Below, piece after piece: positions 25,941-36,232 of a stretch of 64,000 nt of DNA. Position numbers and translations under genes: made by a program. Source of the stretch: Acidobacteriota bacterium (lineage in GTDB: Bacteria; Acidobacteriota; UBA890; WLXD01); contig CBDFKD010000002.1 in NCBI GenBank assembly GCA_965248695.1, positions 2,048,001 through 2,112,000 on the forward strand, given 5' to 3'. Position 1 is the stretch's first letter, and every line of letters begins with the position of its first letter. The notes below the pieces were generated by a model. It made no database searches. It was given only the letters and a program-made list of their open reading frames with translations, and had not been told where the DNA came from.

Positions 25941-28394
25941 ATGACCCACTCCACTGCTAGCTCGTTACTTCGTCGAACCGGAGCCGTTCGCGCTGGGATC
26001 ACCCTGGCGATCGTGCTCGCATCGACCCTCATCGGGTATCTGTTCTGGCGCCTCCCGGACTCGGCACCAGACCTCGCCTCACTGCGCGGCGACCGCCCGA
26101 TGAGCGTCGTGCTGGTAACGCTCGACACGACACGCGCCGATCACATCGGAGTCTACGGATCAGACGAGGGTGCCACGCCTGTTCTCGATGGGCTGGCCGC
26201 CCGCGGCGTCACCTTCATGCGCGCCTACGCCCCGACGCCGCTGACGCTGCCCTCGCACACATCGCTGTTCACCGGGACCCACCCGCCCTTCCACGGGGTG
26301 CGCGACAACGGCGCGTACGTCGCTTCGGAAGGGCTGCAGACCCTGGCCGAGAGCTTCCAGGAGGCCGGCTACCGAACCGGCGCTTTCGTCGGAGCCTTCG
26401 TCCTCGACTCGCGCTGGGGTCTGGCGCAGGGGTTCGACCGATACTTCGACGAGTTCGAGGCGCCCGAGCAGCGAGGGAACGATCTGGGCCACGTGCAGCG
26501 TCCCGGATCGGAGGTCATCGACACCGCCCTGGCGTGGGCTCGTGAGGACGACACGGCCCCGTTCTTCATGTGGGTACATCTGTACGATCCGCACGCCCCG
26601 TACGAGCCGCCGGAGCCCTTCAGGTCACGATACGCCGATCGGCCCTACGTCGGTGAGATCGCCTGGACCGACTCCTTGGTAGGGCGACTGACCTCGTGGC
26701 TGGACGACTCCGCCAGGTCCGACGACACCTATGTCGTGGTGACAGCCGATCACGGCGAGGGCCTAGGTGAGCACGGGGAGGCCGAGCACGGGCTGCTGCT
26801 GTACGAGTCGGCCATCCGGGTGCCGCTGATCATCGCCACGCCGTTCGACGAGCCGCAGGGCATCCAGCGCCACGAGCTGGTGTCGTTGATCGATGTCATG
26901 CCGACCGTGCTGGAATTGACCGGGCTGCAGGCCCCCGAGGAGGTGCAGGGCAGCAGTCTGGTACCGCTGCTTACCAACCAGACCGAAGTCGAAACCAGAT
27001 CCGACGAGCGCGTCTATGCCGAGACCTTCTACCCGCGCCTGCATTTCGGCTGGAGCGAGCTCCAGGCGATCCTCGAGCCCACCCACAAGCTCATCATCTC
27101 GCCCGAGCCGGAGCTCTACGATCTTCTGCAGGACCCCGAGGAGCGGCACAACCTCGCATCAGAGCGCGCCGCCACGGCAGAGGCGCTGCGCCGGGAGGCC
27201 GAGGAGCTGGTGGCGCGGCTCGAGGACAACGCCACCCCGGCGGACACCGTCACGCTCGACCAGGAGACTCTCAGGCGGCTCGCCGCACTCGGGTACGTCG
27301 GCGGCTACAGCACCGACGCGAACGACCCGGACGTGGAGCGCGCCAACCCGAGGGACAAGGTCGAGATCTACAACGACCTGCTCCGGGCCCGCGGCCTGAC
27401 CCTCGGCAACCAGGTAGCCGAGGCCGAGATCCTCCTGCGGCGGGTCATCGCCGAGGATGCCAGAGTGGTCGATGCGCACCAGTCGCTCGGCACCCTGCTC
27501 TTGGCGCAGTTCCGCTTCGAGGAGGCAATCGAGGTCCTCGAGACCGCGCTCTCTATGAGGCCCGCAGATGCGGGCCTGGTGCTGCATCTCACCACATCGC
27601 AGATGCAGGCCGGTCGGATGGACGAGGCCGAAAAGGTGCTGCTGGACTACACCGACGTCCTGGAGCCGGATGCCCGGTTCTACATCAACCTCGGGCAGAT
27701 CAAGCAATCGACCGGGTCCTACGACGAGGCGGCGACCTATTTCAACGAGGCGTTACGCCTCAGCGAGCGAAATCTGGCGAACATGCCGGGGCTCCTGCGA
27801 TCCGCACCCAAGCCGGTGGACAGTCTCATGGGCGCCGCGCACCTCGGGCTCGGCGCCGTCCAGCTGGCCGCCGGCCGCCCGGGGCTGGCGGAGGAGCACC
27901 TGAACCTGGCACGCGGCTTCGACGATACTCTCGCCAATCTGCACTTCCATCGCGGCATGCTGTTCCAGGCCCGGGGACGGACGGACGAGGCGATCGCTGC
28001 CTACCGCCGCGAGCTCGAGAACGAGCCGCGCAGCATCAGGGCCGCAATCAACCTCAGCGTCATCTACCGCAACCGCGGCGACCTCGTCGGGGAGGAGCGG
28101 TACCTGCGTAAGGCCCTCGAGATCAACCCACAGTTCACCCGTGGAAGCCTCTTCCTCGCCCGCATCCACCTGGTGAAGAACGAGCGCCTCAACGAGGCCC
28201 TGGCGCTCGTCGAGGGGGCGCTGGCGCGAATGGAGTTACCGACGGCGCGTGGGGTGCCGCAGGAGATCACCAGGCAGAACCAGGCGCTGGGCCATCTCTT
28301 GCTCGCGGACATCTACAATCGACTCGGAAGAAGCGAGCTTTCCAACCAGCACGCGCGTCTCGGGATGCAGCTCCGAGACGGGACACAACGCTGA
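25941..28394 (+). CDS. Membrane-anchored sulfatase/alkaline-phosphatase-superfamily hydrolase fused to C-terminal TPRs (paralog 1)
   Basis: N-terminal TM; LVTLDTTRADH, PLTLPSHTSLFTG, HLYDPHAPY, TADHGE, ELYDL..DP.E; about 8 TPRs. Confidence 0.88.
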   Translation: MTHSTASSLLRRTGAVRAGITLAIVLASTLIGYLFWRLPDSAPDLASLRGDRPMSVVLVTLDTTRADHIGVYGSDEGATPVLDGLAARGVTFMRAYAPTPLTLPSHTSLFTGTHPPFHGVRDNGAYVASEGLQTLAESFQEAGYRTGAFVGAFVLDSRWGLAQGFDRYFDEFEAPEQRGNDLGHVQRPGSEVIDTALAWAREDDTAPFFMWVHLYDPHAPYEPPEPFRSRYADRPYVGEIAWTDSLVGRLTSWLDDSARSDDTYVVVTADHGEGLGEHGEAEHGLLLYESAIRVPLIIATPFDEPQGIQRHELVSLIDVMPTVLELTGLQAPEEVQGSSLVPLLTNQTEVETRSDERVYAETFYPRLHFGWSELQAILEPTHKLIISPEPELYDLLQDPEERHNLASERAATAEALRREAEELVARLEDNATPADTVTLDQETLRRLAALGYVGGYSTDANDPDVERANPRDKVEIYNDLLRARGLTLGNQVAEAEILLRRVIAEDARVVDAHQSLGTLLLAQFRFEEAIEVLETALSMRPADAGLVLHLTTSQMQAGRMDEAEKVLLDYTDVLEPDARFYINLGQIKQSTGSYDEAATYFNEALRLSERNLANMPGLLRSAPKPVDSLMGAAHLGLGAVQLAAGRPGLAEEHLNLARGFDDTLANLHFHRGMLFQARGRTDEAIAAYRRELENEPRSIRAAINLSVIYRNRGDLVGEERYLRKALEINPQFTRGSLFLARIHLVKNERLNEALALVEGALARMELPTARGVPQEITRQNQALGHLLLADIYNRLGRSELSNQHARLGMQLRDGTQR

Positions 28395-28433
28395 CGACGG
28401 ACCCTGCGCACCGATGATCAGCGACGAGCCCTG

Positions 28434-30791
28434 ATGACCAAGATCACCCCCAGCTCGCGAAGCTGGCAAACCGTAGCTGCGCGCGCCGTTGTCGTCCTGG
28501 CGATCGTGACCGCGCTGGCCTATGTCGGCTATCGATTGGTATCTGCGCCGACGGCCGCACCGGACATCGCCTCGTTGCGCGGCGACCGGCAGATGAACGT
28601 CGTGCTGGTGACGCTCGATACGACGCGCGCCGATCATATCGGCGCCTATGGCTTTGACGACATCGAGACCCCGGCGTTCGATGGGCTGGCCGCCGAAGGC
28701 GTTACCTTCCTGCGCGCCTACTCGCCGACGCCGCTGACGCTGCCATCGCACACGTCGTTGATGAGCGGCACGTATCCTCCCTACCATGGCGTGCGCGACA
28801 ATGGCGCCTTCGTAGCTCCCGACAATCTGGTTACGCTAGGCGAGTTGTTCCGCGATGCCGGTTACCGGACGGGGGCGTTCGTCTCGTCGTTCGTCCTCGA
28901 TGGACGATTCGGGCTGTCACAGGGCTTCGACACCTACTTCGACGAGTTCGAGGTGCCCCGGACGCGCCTGATCGCGCTGGCGCGCATCCAACGATCGGGG
29001 TCGGACGTGGTCGACGCGGCGCTGGCGTGGTCGCGCCAGGATCCATCGGCGCCGTTCTTCCTGTGGGTGCACATGTTCGACGCCCACACCCCGTACGAGC
29101 CACCGCCCGAGTTTCGCGATCGATATCCGGGTCGCCCGTACGTCGGCGAGATTGCTTACGCAGACTCGCAGCTCGGCCGCCTGATCTCGTGGCTCGACAG
29201 CAGCGGCCGCCGTGAGGATACCTTCGTTATCGTGGCGGGCGACCACGGCGAGAGCCTCGGTGAGCACGGCGAGATCGAGCACGGCTTCTTCCTCTACGAA
29301 GAGGCGATCCACGTTCCCCTGGTGGTCTCCGTACCGTTTGCAGCCTATCAAGATGTACGGCGATCCGAGCCCGTATCGTTGGTCGATGTCATGCCCACGA
29401 TTCTCACGCTGGTCGGACTGCCTATCCCGTCCGAGGTGCAGAGCCGGAGCCTGGTTCCGCTGCTCAGCGCCGGCGCCCCGGAGCGCCCCGACAGCCTGGT
29501 CTACTCCGAGACCTATTACCCGCGGCTGCACTTCGGTTGGAGCGAGCTACGCGTCCTGCTGAGCCCGGAGTACAAGCTCATCATGTCGGCCGAGCCAGAG
29601 CTCTATGACCTGGCATCGGACCCGGACGAGGCCGTGAACCTGGCGCCGCAGCGCGCCGCCACCACCGAGCTGATGCGTCAGCAGGCCGACACCCTGGTGG
29701 CGGACTACGAGCAGGATGGCGGTCTGGCCGAAGCCGTGACGCTCGACGAGGAGACCCGCCGGCGGCTCGCCGCCCTCGGCTATCTGGGTAACTTCGCCGA
29801 CTCCATCGAGGACGACACCGAGATCCGGGCCAGCCCGGTAGACAAGATCGACATCTACAACGATCTCCTGAGGGCCCGGTCGCTGACGTTGCGGTCTGAG
29901 CTAGCGGAGGCGGAATCGCTGTTCCGTGGCATCATCGCGGCCGACCCCGGGGTAGTCGATGCCTACCAAGCGCTCGGCAACCTTCTGATCGATCAGGAAC
30001 GCTTCCCCGAGGCTATCCCTGTCTTCGAGGATGCAATCGCCCGAAAGCCGGACGACATCGGCCTGGTGCTGTTCCTCGCCAACGCCCAGATACGATCAGG
30101 GCGGCCCGATGATGCCGAGCGGTTGCTGACCGATTTCGCCGATGTGCTGGAACCAGACGCCCGCGTTCAACTGACCCTCGGAGGCATCTACCATCGCAGC
30201 GGACGCAACGAGGAAGCGATCGCGGCGTTCAACCAAGCGCTGGAGCTCGATCCGAGCATGGCCGGGGCGCACGTCGGGCTGGCCGGCGCTTACCTGCAAC
30301 TCGATCGTCCCGAGCTCGCCCGGCCGCAGCTGACTCGCGCCCAGGAGCTCAACGACGAGATACCGGAGCTGCACTTCACCTGGGCCCAGCTGTTCCAGCG
30401 CGGGGGTCAACTGAACGAGGCGATCACCGCCTACCGTCGCGAGCTCGAGATCTCGCCCGAGCACCTGATGTCGGCGTTCAACTTGAGCCTGGTTCACCGT
30501 AACCTGAAGAATCTGGAGCAAGAGGAACGCTATCTCCAGCTGGCGCTATCGATCAATCCGATGTTCCCGCGTGCACGTCTATTCATGGCACGCATCCACC
30601 TGGTGCGCGGTCGGAGCTACGAGGAGGCCATCGAATTGGTCGAAGGGGCCCTGGCGGCGAGTGGGATCCTGCAACAGGATCGTGTTCTGGGACATTTCCT
30701 CTTGGCAGACATCTACAATCGACTCGGCCGGGACGATCTGTCCCGCCTGAATGCCCGCCTCGCCGAGCGCGCCCAGAGCGAGGGTCGGTAG
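28434..30791 (+). CDS. Membrane-anchored sulfatase-like hydrolase with C-terminal TPRs (paralog 2)
   Basis: Same architecture and motifs (LVTLDTTRADH, PLTLPSHTSLMSG, HMFDAHTPY, AGDHGE); colinear with paralog 1. Confidence 0.9.
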   Translation: MTKITPSSRSWQTVAARAVVVLAIVTALAYVGYRLVSAPTAAPDIASLRGDRQMNVVLVTLDTTRADHIGAYGFDDIETPAFDGLAAEGVTFLRAYSPTPLTLPSHTSLMSGTYPPYHGVRDNGAFVAPDNLVTLGELFRDAGYRTGAFVSSFVLDGRFGLSQGFDTYFDEFEVPRTRLIALARIQRSGSDVVDAALAWSRQDPSAPFFLWVHMFDAHTPYEPPPEFRDRYPGRPYVGEIAYADSQLGRLISWLDSSGRREDTFVIVAGDHGESLGEHGEIEHGFFLYEEAIHVPLVVSVPFAAYQDVRRSEPVSLVDVMPTILTLVGLPIPSEVQSRSLVPLLSAGAPERPDSLVYSETYYPRLHFGWSELRVLLSPEYKLIMSAEPELYDLASDPDEAVNLAPQRAATTELMRQQADTLVADYEQDGGLAEAVTLDEETRRRLAALGYLGNFADSIEDDTEIRASPVDKIDIYNDLLRARSLTLRSELAEAESLFRGIIAADPGVVDAYQALGNLLIDQERFPEAIPVFEDAIARKPDDIGLVLFLANAQIRSGRPDDAERLLTDFADVLEPDARVQLTLGGIYHRSGRNEEAIAAFNQALELDPSMAGAHVGLAGAYLQLDRPELARPQLTRAQELNDEIPELHFTWAQLFQRGGQLNEAITAYRRELEISPEHLMSAFNLSLVHRNLKNLEQEERYLQLALSINPMFPRARLFMARIHLVRGRSYEEAIELVEGALAASGILQQDRVLGHFLLADIYNRLGRDDLSRLNARLAERAQSEGR

Positions 30792-30799
30792 CTGAAACC

Positions 30800-32512
30800 A
30801 TGTCGAGAGGCAACCCGATGGCGGAGCAACACAGTTTGACTCGATTCACGACAATCGTCTCCTGGCACCGGTCGATCCTGGTTGTGGGTGCGCTTGGCAT
30901 GCTATTGGGCCTGCACGCGGCGGCACCCCCGGCCCCGGCGACAGGCAGCCTCGGATTGCCGGGGGTATTGGTCAACGCTCAGGAGCAAGCTCCCCCACCG
31001 GAGCTGACCGAGCTCCAGACCCTGATAATCGCCGGCGCCGCGGCGCTGCAGAACGGTGATTTCGAGGTAGCGTTGGAGGCGTTCGACGCCGCCTTGGTGC
31101 TCGAGCCCGACGACCCCGTCGTGCTCAGCCAGGTTGGACGAGCCTTGCTGGAGCTCGGGCACTTCGACGAAGCGTTCCCACTGCTGAGCCAGGCAGCCCA
31201 GCTGGCGCCCGAGTCGTTCGTTACGCAGTTCAACCTCGGCACCGCCCTACTCCGCGCCAGGCGGCACGAGGAAGCGATCAACTGGTTGCGTGCCGCTTCG
31301 CGGCTGAGTCCGGAGGTAGCGCTGCCGCGTTACGGTCTGGCGCTCGCGTACGCGGCGCTCGGCGACCACGCTCGAGCCATCACAGAGCTCGAGGAATGTG
31401 TGGCCGTTGCGCCGCAGACGACCGATGCCTGGCTGCTGCTGGGGCGGCTCCTCACTCAGCACGGCGCCGGACTCGAGGCGGTGTTGAAGGCAGCTGAGGC
31501 GTTCGAGAAGGTGTTCGAGCAGCGCCCGCACGAGGGTGATAGCTGCCTGGCGCTCAGCCGTGCGTATCGACGCTTGAACCTACCGGAGCAGGCTCTGAGC
31601 TTGATCGGAGATTGCGAGCGTGCCGGCATCGAGGATCCGCAGCTCTACCTGCTGCAGGGGCGGATGCAGTTACAGATGGGCAATTACACCGAGGCGCGGG
31701 CCGCCTTCCTTCGCGCTGCCGAGGGACCACAAGTAGCCGGACCCTCCTACCTCGAGCTCGCCGTCATGTCGGACAACCAGGGCAATTTCGACACGGCGAT
31801 CACCGAATACAAGACGGCGATCACCGAATACGAGCGCACCACCGAGCTTCGCCGCCGAGGGATCAACGCCTACATTCGTCTCGCCGACGTCTACGTCAAG
31901 CGCAATCAGCCGGAGGCCGCCGATGAGCTGTTGACCCGCGCCATCCGCGCCGTGCCGCGCAGCCCGCTAGCGCACAAGGAGCTATGTCGGGTGCGTCAAG
32001 GAATGAACGACCTCGCCGCTGCCGAGACCTATTGCCGGCGAGCTCTGGCGCTCAACCCCGATTTACTGGAGGGCTACTACGCGCTAGCGCTGGTATTGCG
32101 GGATCTTGGCAAGACCAACGAGAGCCGGCAGGTGATGGAGCGCTACCAAACGCTCACCGCCGCTGACGAGCAGGAGCAGCTGGAGACCAACCGCGCGACA
32201 CAGATCGGCCTCGCCAACATTCAGGGGCTGTACTACTTTCGCCAGGACAACCTCGAGCGAGCGCTCGAGCTGTTCGAGAGCGCCGCCGAGCTAACGCAGG
32301 ACGACTGGCTCGTTGCCTTCAACCTCGGCATGACGTACGCCGCGCTCAGCAACCACGAAAGCTCGGTGCTGGCATTGGAGCGCGCGCGGCGGCTCAACCC
32401 CGGGCGCTCTTCGACCTACCCGGTGCTGGCTGCGGAGCTGCGCGCCCTCGGCCGTCACGACGAAGCGACGCGCATCGAGGCGCTCGGCCGAAATCTGGAG
32501 CAACGACCGTGA
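30800..32512 (+). CDS. Tetratricopeptide-repeat protein, exported
   Basis: Signal/TM segment followed by many TPRs (FNLGTAL, YGLALAY, YYALALVL, FNLGMTY); start 30800 or 30818. Confidence 0.8.
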   Translation: MSRGNPMAEQHSLTRFTTIVSWHRSILVVGALGMLLGLHAAAPPAPATGSLGLPGVLVNAQEQAPPPELTELQTLIIAGAAALQNGDFEVALEAFDAALVLEPDDPVVLSQVGRALLELGHFDEAFPLLSQAAQLAPESFVTQFNLGTALLRARRHEEAINWLRAASRLSPEVALPRYGLALAYAALGDHARAITELEECVAVAPQTTDAWLLLGRLLTQHGAGLEAVLKAAEAFEKVFEQRPHEGDSCLALSRAYRRLNLPEQALSLIGDCERAGIEDPQLYLLQGRMQLQMGNYTEARAAFLRAAEGPQVAGPSYLELAVMSDNQGNFDTAITEYKTAITEYERTTELRRRGINAYIRLADVYVKRNQPEAADELLTRAIRAVPRSPLAHKELCRVRQGMNDLAAAETYCRRALALNPDLLEGYYALALVLRDLGKTNESRQVMERYQTLTAADEQEQLETNRATQIGLANIQGLYYFRQDNLERALELFESAAELTQDDWLVAFNLGMTYAALSNHESSVLALERARRLNPGRSSTYPVLAAELRALGRHDEATRIEALGRNLEQRP

Positions 32513-32566
32513 TCGACCGTAGGGCTGAAGCGCCGACTGTGACCGACGACTGCCACGGCGTGCGGC

Positions 32567-33949
32567 GTGTCGCCTAACGAGTACCGCAACCTGAGCCTGT
32601 GGCACGACACGGTTCCGGAGCCGCTGGAGCCGCGCCCGAGACTGCGTGCCGACGAACAGGTCGATGTCGTTATCGTGGGGGCGGGGTTCACCGGTCTCTG
32701 GGTCGCCTATTACCTCACCGAGTTGCAGCCCGGCATCCGCATCGCCGTGCTCGAGTCGGAGATCGCCGGCTTCGGAGCCTCGGGCCGCAACGGCGGCTGG
32801 TGCCTCGGCACCATGGCCGGCATCGGCCAGCTGCTCGACGACCCGGCGCAACGCGACGGGGGCATTCGACTGCAGCGAGCGCTATTGAACACGCCCGACG
32901 AGGTCGCGCGGGTGTGCGGCCGGGAAGCGATCGACTGCCAGTGGATGAAGTCGGGCAACGTCACCGTCGCCACCTCGAAGCCATTCCTCGAGAAGGTACG
33001 GCAAGAGCTCACCGACTGGCGCGCGCTCGGCGCCTCCGAGGACGAGGTGCGCTGGATGGACGCCGACGAGTGCGCCGCTCACGTACGCACGGCGCGCAAC
33101 TACGGCGGCGTCTACCTGGCCGAAGTCGCTGCGCTGCATCCGTTGCGGCTAGTACGCGGGCTCGCCGAGGCGGTGGAGCGCCGCGGCGTCTCGATCTACG
33201 AGCGCTCGCCGGCGCTGTCGCTAGGACCCCGCTGCGTCACGACCGCCGCCGGCAAGGTGACCGCCGACATCGTGGTTCGCGCTACTGAGGGGTATACGCG
33301 CACCCTCCCCGGGCAGGAGCGGGCGCTGATCCCGGTGCACTCGATGATGGTCGCCACCGAACCGCTGGGGCAATCGATCTGGGACGAGATCGGCTTTGTC
33401 GACCGGATCACCTTCGGCGATCCACGACGCATGGTCACCTACGGACAGCGCACCGCCGACGACCGTATGGCGTTCGGATGTCGCGGCGCGTACTACTTCG
33501 GCTCCAAGATCCGCGACCGTTTCTCGCCCGGCGATCCGCTGTTCGCTCAGGTGCGCGAGGTGCTGGACTCGTTCTTTCCGGCCCTCCGCGACCAGCTCGT
33601 CACGCATCGCTGGGGCGGTGCCCTGGGCGTGCCGCGCAACTGGCGACCCGCCGTCGGCCTCGACCGGCAAGCCGGCTTGGCGTGGGGTGGAGGCTACGTC
33701 GGTGAGGGCGTAGGGGCGTCGAATCTGGTCGGCCGCATCCTCGCTGATCTCATCCTGGAGCGAGAAACGGACCTGGTCGACCTGCCGCTCGTCGGGCCTG
33801 ATTTCAGCAACTGGGAACCGGAGCCGCTGCGCTGGATCGGGTCCACCGTGTTGATGAAGATCGGCGCGGCGCTGGACAACGCCGAGATCCATGACCGGCC
33901 ACCGCCACGCATCCGGAACGCGATATTCGAAACGCTGGTGCGGAAGTAG
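32567..33949 (+). CDS. FAD-dependent amine oxidoreductase (DAO family, PuuB/OrdL-like)
   Basis: VDVVIVGAGFTGLW, GFGASGRNGG, ATEGY, YGQRTADDR, WGG, GGYVGEGV, WEPEPLRW. Confidence 0.88.
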   Translation: MSPNEYRNLSLWHDTVPEPLEPRPRLRADEQVDVVIVGAGFTGLWVAYYLTELQPGIRIAVLESEIAGFGASGRNGGWCLGTMAGIGQLLDDPAQRDGGIRLQRALLNTPDEVARVCGREAIDCQWMKSGNVTVATSKPFLEKVRQELTDWRALGASEDEVRWMDADECAAHVRTARNYGGVYLAEVAALHPLRLVRGLAEAVERRGVSIYERSPALSLGPRCVTTAAGKVTADIVVRATEGYTRTLPGQERALIPVHSMMVATEPLGQSIWDEIGFVDRITFGDPRRMVTYGQRTADDRMAFGCRGAYYFGSKIRDRFSPGDPLFAQVREVLDSFFPALRDQLVTHRWGGALGVPRNWRPAVGLDRQAGLAWGGGYVGEGVGASNLVGRILADLILERETDLVDLPLVGPDFSNWEPEPLRWIGSTVLMKIGAALDNAEIHDRPPPRIRNAIFETLVRK

Positions 33950-33983
33950 GCACCGCAGATACAGGTCTAGGCCGCCAAGCCGG

Positions 33984-34547
33984 CTACGGCATGGTCTCCA
34001 CTTCAACCCGATCCCCGGTCCTGATCGGGCCGGCGACGTCGACCACGCCGACCACCCCCCGCAGATTGAAGGCATGCTTGGGAAACATGGCCGCCTGTAC
34101 CGGTTCGCCGGAGTCCGTCTCATACGCAGCGGCAATTTCCTGCCCCATCTCCACGCATGGCGGGTTGCACTCCTCGACGCGCAACACGGCTCCGGACGGA
34201 AAGTGCAGACGCGTTCCACGCGCCAGCTGAGACAGATCCGGGATGCCTTGCAGGCACAGGTTGGCGCCAAGCGTGGACGCCGCCAGCGGCTGCCGGAGAT
34301 CCATCCGCTTTCCGATGACCACGAGCTCTTCGACCGACACCGCCGACCACTGGCGCTCGTTGCGACGCACTGTGCCCACCGGGTCGACGTCGCCCTCGTA
34401 GGCGACGCGAGAATGACCACGGTGCTTGTCGCCCACGAAGCCGTCCAGCTCGGCAAGAACTTGCGGGTACTCGTCCTTGTGCAGATCGGCGTGATTTCCG
34501 GTGTGCACCGATACGACCATCCCGAACAGCTCATTCATCTTCGTCAC
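33984..34547 (-). CDS. MOSC-domain protein
   Basis: GFVGDKH, RQWSAVSVEE, LGANL, NPPC, RGVVGVV..AGPIRTGD; start GTG 34547 or ATG 34538. Confidence 0.8.
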   Translation of the reverse strand: MTKMNELFGMVVSVHTGNHADLHKDEYPQVLAELDGFVGDKHRGHSRVAYEGDVDPVGTVRRNERQWSAVSVEELVVIGKRMDLRQPLAASTLGANLCLQGIPDLSQLARGTRLHFPSGAVLRVEECNPPCVEMGQEIAAAYETDSGEPVQAAMFPKHAFNLRGVVGVVDVAGPIRTGDRVEVETMP

Positions 34548-34662
34548 GCCCCTGCCGCTGCAGCACCTGGCGAGCTTGCCTAAGGAAGAGCACGAAGATC
34601 ACCAGCGCACTTCCGGCCAGCACCAACGCGTTGATCCAGGTAAACAGGTCCCAGCCGTTCAT
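34531..34662 (-). CDS. 43-aa single-TM small protein (MNGWDLFTWINALVLAGSALVIFVLFLRQARQVLQRQGRDEDE)
   Basis: ATGA overlap with the symporter stop; hydrophobic helix followed by a basic stretch; stop overlaps the MOSC start; below the ORF-track cutoff. Confidence 0.7.
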   Translation of the reverse strand: MNGWDLFTWINALVLAGSALVIFVLFLRQARQVLQRQGRDEDE

Positions 34663-36176
34663 GCGCGTCGCTCAGCCCCGGCCGGCGAAACTCCGTCGGC
34701 GCCCCCGCCGGGCCTTTGGCCAAAGATCGTCCCGACGATGAAGCCCACCAAGCTCATCGGCAGGCTGAAGTAGAGCGCATACTCCTGCCAGATTCGGAAC
34801 TTCGTGCCGCCGATCGAGACCGGCCAGATGTAGGTCGCGTATACATCATTGTAGGTACCGACGCGCGCGATCCAGAGATAGAAGGCGATCATGCTCACGA
34901 GGCCAAGGGAGCAGCTCAATACGCCGGCCAGCGGCTTCTTCGGCCCCTTCCAGTAGAGTGCAGCGAAGATCGGCACCAGGACCATCGACGAGAGCCCGGT
35001 GGCCATGAACACCCAGAGTGCCAAGATACGGTCGAACAGGAACGCCAGCAGAAAGCCGGCCGCCCACGCAAAGAGAATGCCGGCGCGGGTCAGCGACAAC
35101 AGCTCCTGGTCCGTCGCGTCCGGTTTCCGCAGGGGACGGTAGATGTCGAACGAGATGTTGGCGCCGGCAACGAGCGTGTACGAGTCGATCGTCGACATGG
35201 CGGTGGCGAGGACGCCGGCGATGAAGACGCCCACCAGACCTACCGGCAGAGCGAGAACGACGGCCGCCAACAAGGCGTCGTTGGAATGCAGGTCGGCCGG
35301 TAACGCGCCGGCGGCGACGGCGACCCGGGCCAGCATGCCGCCAGCGGTGACGAGCCAATCATAGGCGACCCATATGAGCGTCGCGATCAGAATCGCGTTG
35401 CGCGCCTGACGGTAGCTCCCGGCCGCGAAGATTCGCTGATAAAAGCCCGGATCAACGAGGAAACTGATGTTCGTCGCGACGTACGCCATCAGGAGCCAGA
35501 ACGGCATGTCGCCGAAGATCGCGAGATGTCCTGGTGGTGAGGTTGCAGCGACGGCCTCGAAGCCGCCGAACTCGACCATCAGCAACGGGACGCCGACGGC
35601 CAGCGTGAGGCACATGAGAACAAACTGGATCGTATCGGTGATGGCTACTGCCCAGAGGCCGCCCAACAAGGTGTAGGCGAGCGCGATAGCACCAAGAATC
35701 GCGGCGCCCACCATCGCGTCGAGACCGAACACCACTTCGGTGATGCGCCCGAGCGCGAACAAGGCCAGCGCCGGAATCGAGTACAGGAACGACGCTGCCG
35801 CACCCAGGATCCCGGTGGTGCGTCCGTAGTTCCTTTCTAGAATCTCCGGCAACGAAGTGAAGTTGGCCTCATGGAGGCGCTTACACAACGCGAACGCGGC
35901 GAAAATGAAGATCCCGAGCGACAGCTCGGAGTAGCCGAAGAACGCCACCACACCTTCGTTGAAACCGAGCTCGGAAGTTCCGAACAGTACGTCGAGGCCG
36001 TAGTAAGTGGACGCCAGCGTGCAGACCAGAACCGGCGTCGTCATCGAGCGCCCGGCGACAAGGTACTCCTCGAAGCTGGGCGCCTTGCGGTAGACGAGGT
36101 ATCCGACGCAGAGCATCCCCAGCACGTAGCTGACGACCACCGCGAGATCGATGTTCGAGATCTGCAGCTCGGCCAT
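34659..36176 (-). CDS. Sodium:solute symporter (SSS/SLC5 family)
   Basis: EEYLVAGRS, YTLLGGLWAVAITDTIQF, YQRIFAA, GVLATAMSTIDS; about 13 TM helices. Confidence 0.9.
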   Translation of the reverse strand: MAELQISNIDLAVVVSYVLGMLCVGYLVYRKAPSFEEYLVAGRSMTTPVLVCTLASTYYGLDVLFGTSELGFNEGVVAFFGYSELSLGIFIFAAFALCKRLHEANFTSLPEILERNYGRTTGILGAAASFLYSIPALALFALGRITEVVFGLDAMVGAAILGAIALAYTLLGGLWAVAITDTIQFVLMCLTLAVGVPLLMVEFGGFEAVAATSPPGHLAIFGDMPFWLLMAYVATNISFLVDPGFYQRIFAAGSYRQARNAILIATLIWVAYDWLVTAGGMLARVAVAAGALPADLHSNDALLAAVVLALPVGLVGVFIAGVLATAMSTIDSYTLVAGANISFDIYRPLRKPDATDQELLSLTRAGILFAWAAGFLLAFLFDRILALWVFMATGLSSMVLVPIFAALYWKGPKKPLAGVLSCSLGLVSMIAFYLWIARVGTYNDVYATYIWPVSIGGTKFRIWQEYALYFSLPMSLVGFIVGTIFGQRPGGGADGVSPAGAERRA

Positions 36177-36232
36177 TAGTGGCCTGTAACAGATGATCGT
36201 TGCATATCGCAGATGGGATTTGCGGTCACTAG
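36177..36232. repeat. Copy A of a dispersed ~50-bp TAG/CTAG-bounded element (MITE-like)
   Basis: 36177-36223 matches 59205-59251 at 42/47 nt; imperfect terminal inverted repeat TAGTGGCC...GGTCACTA. Confidence 0.8.
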
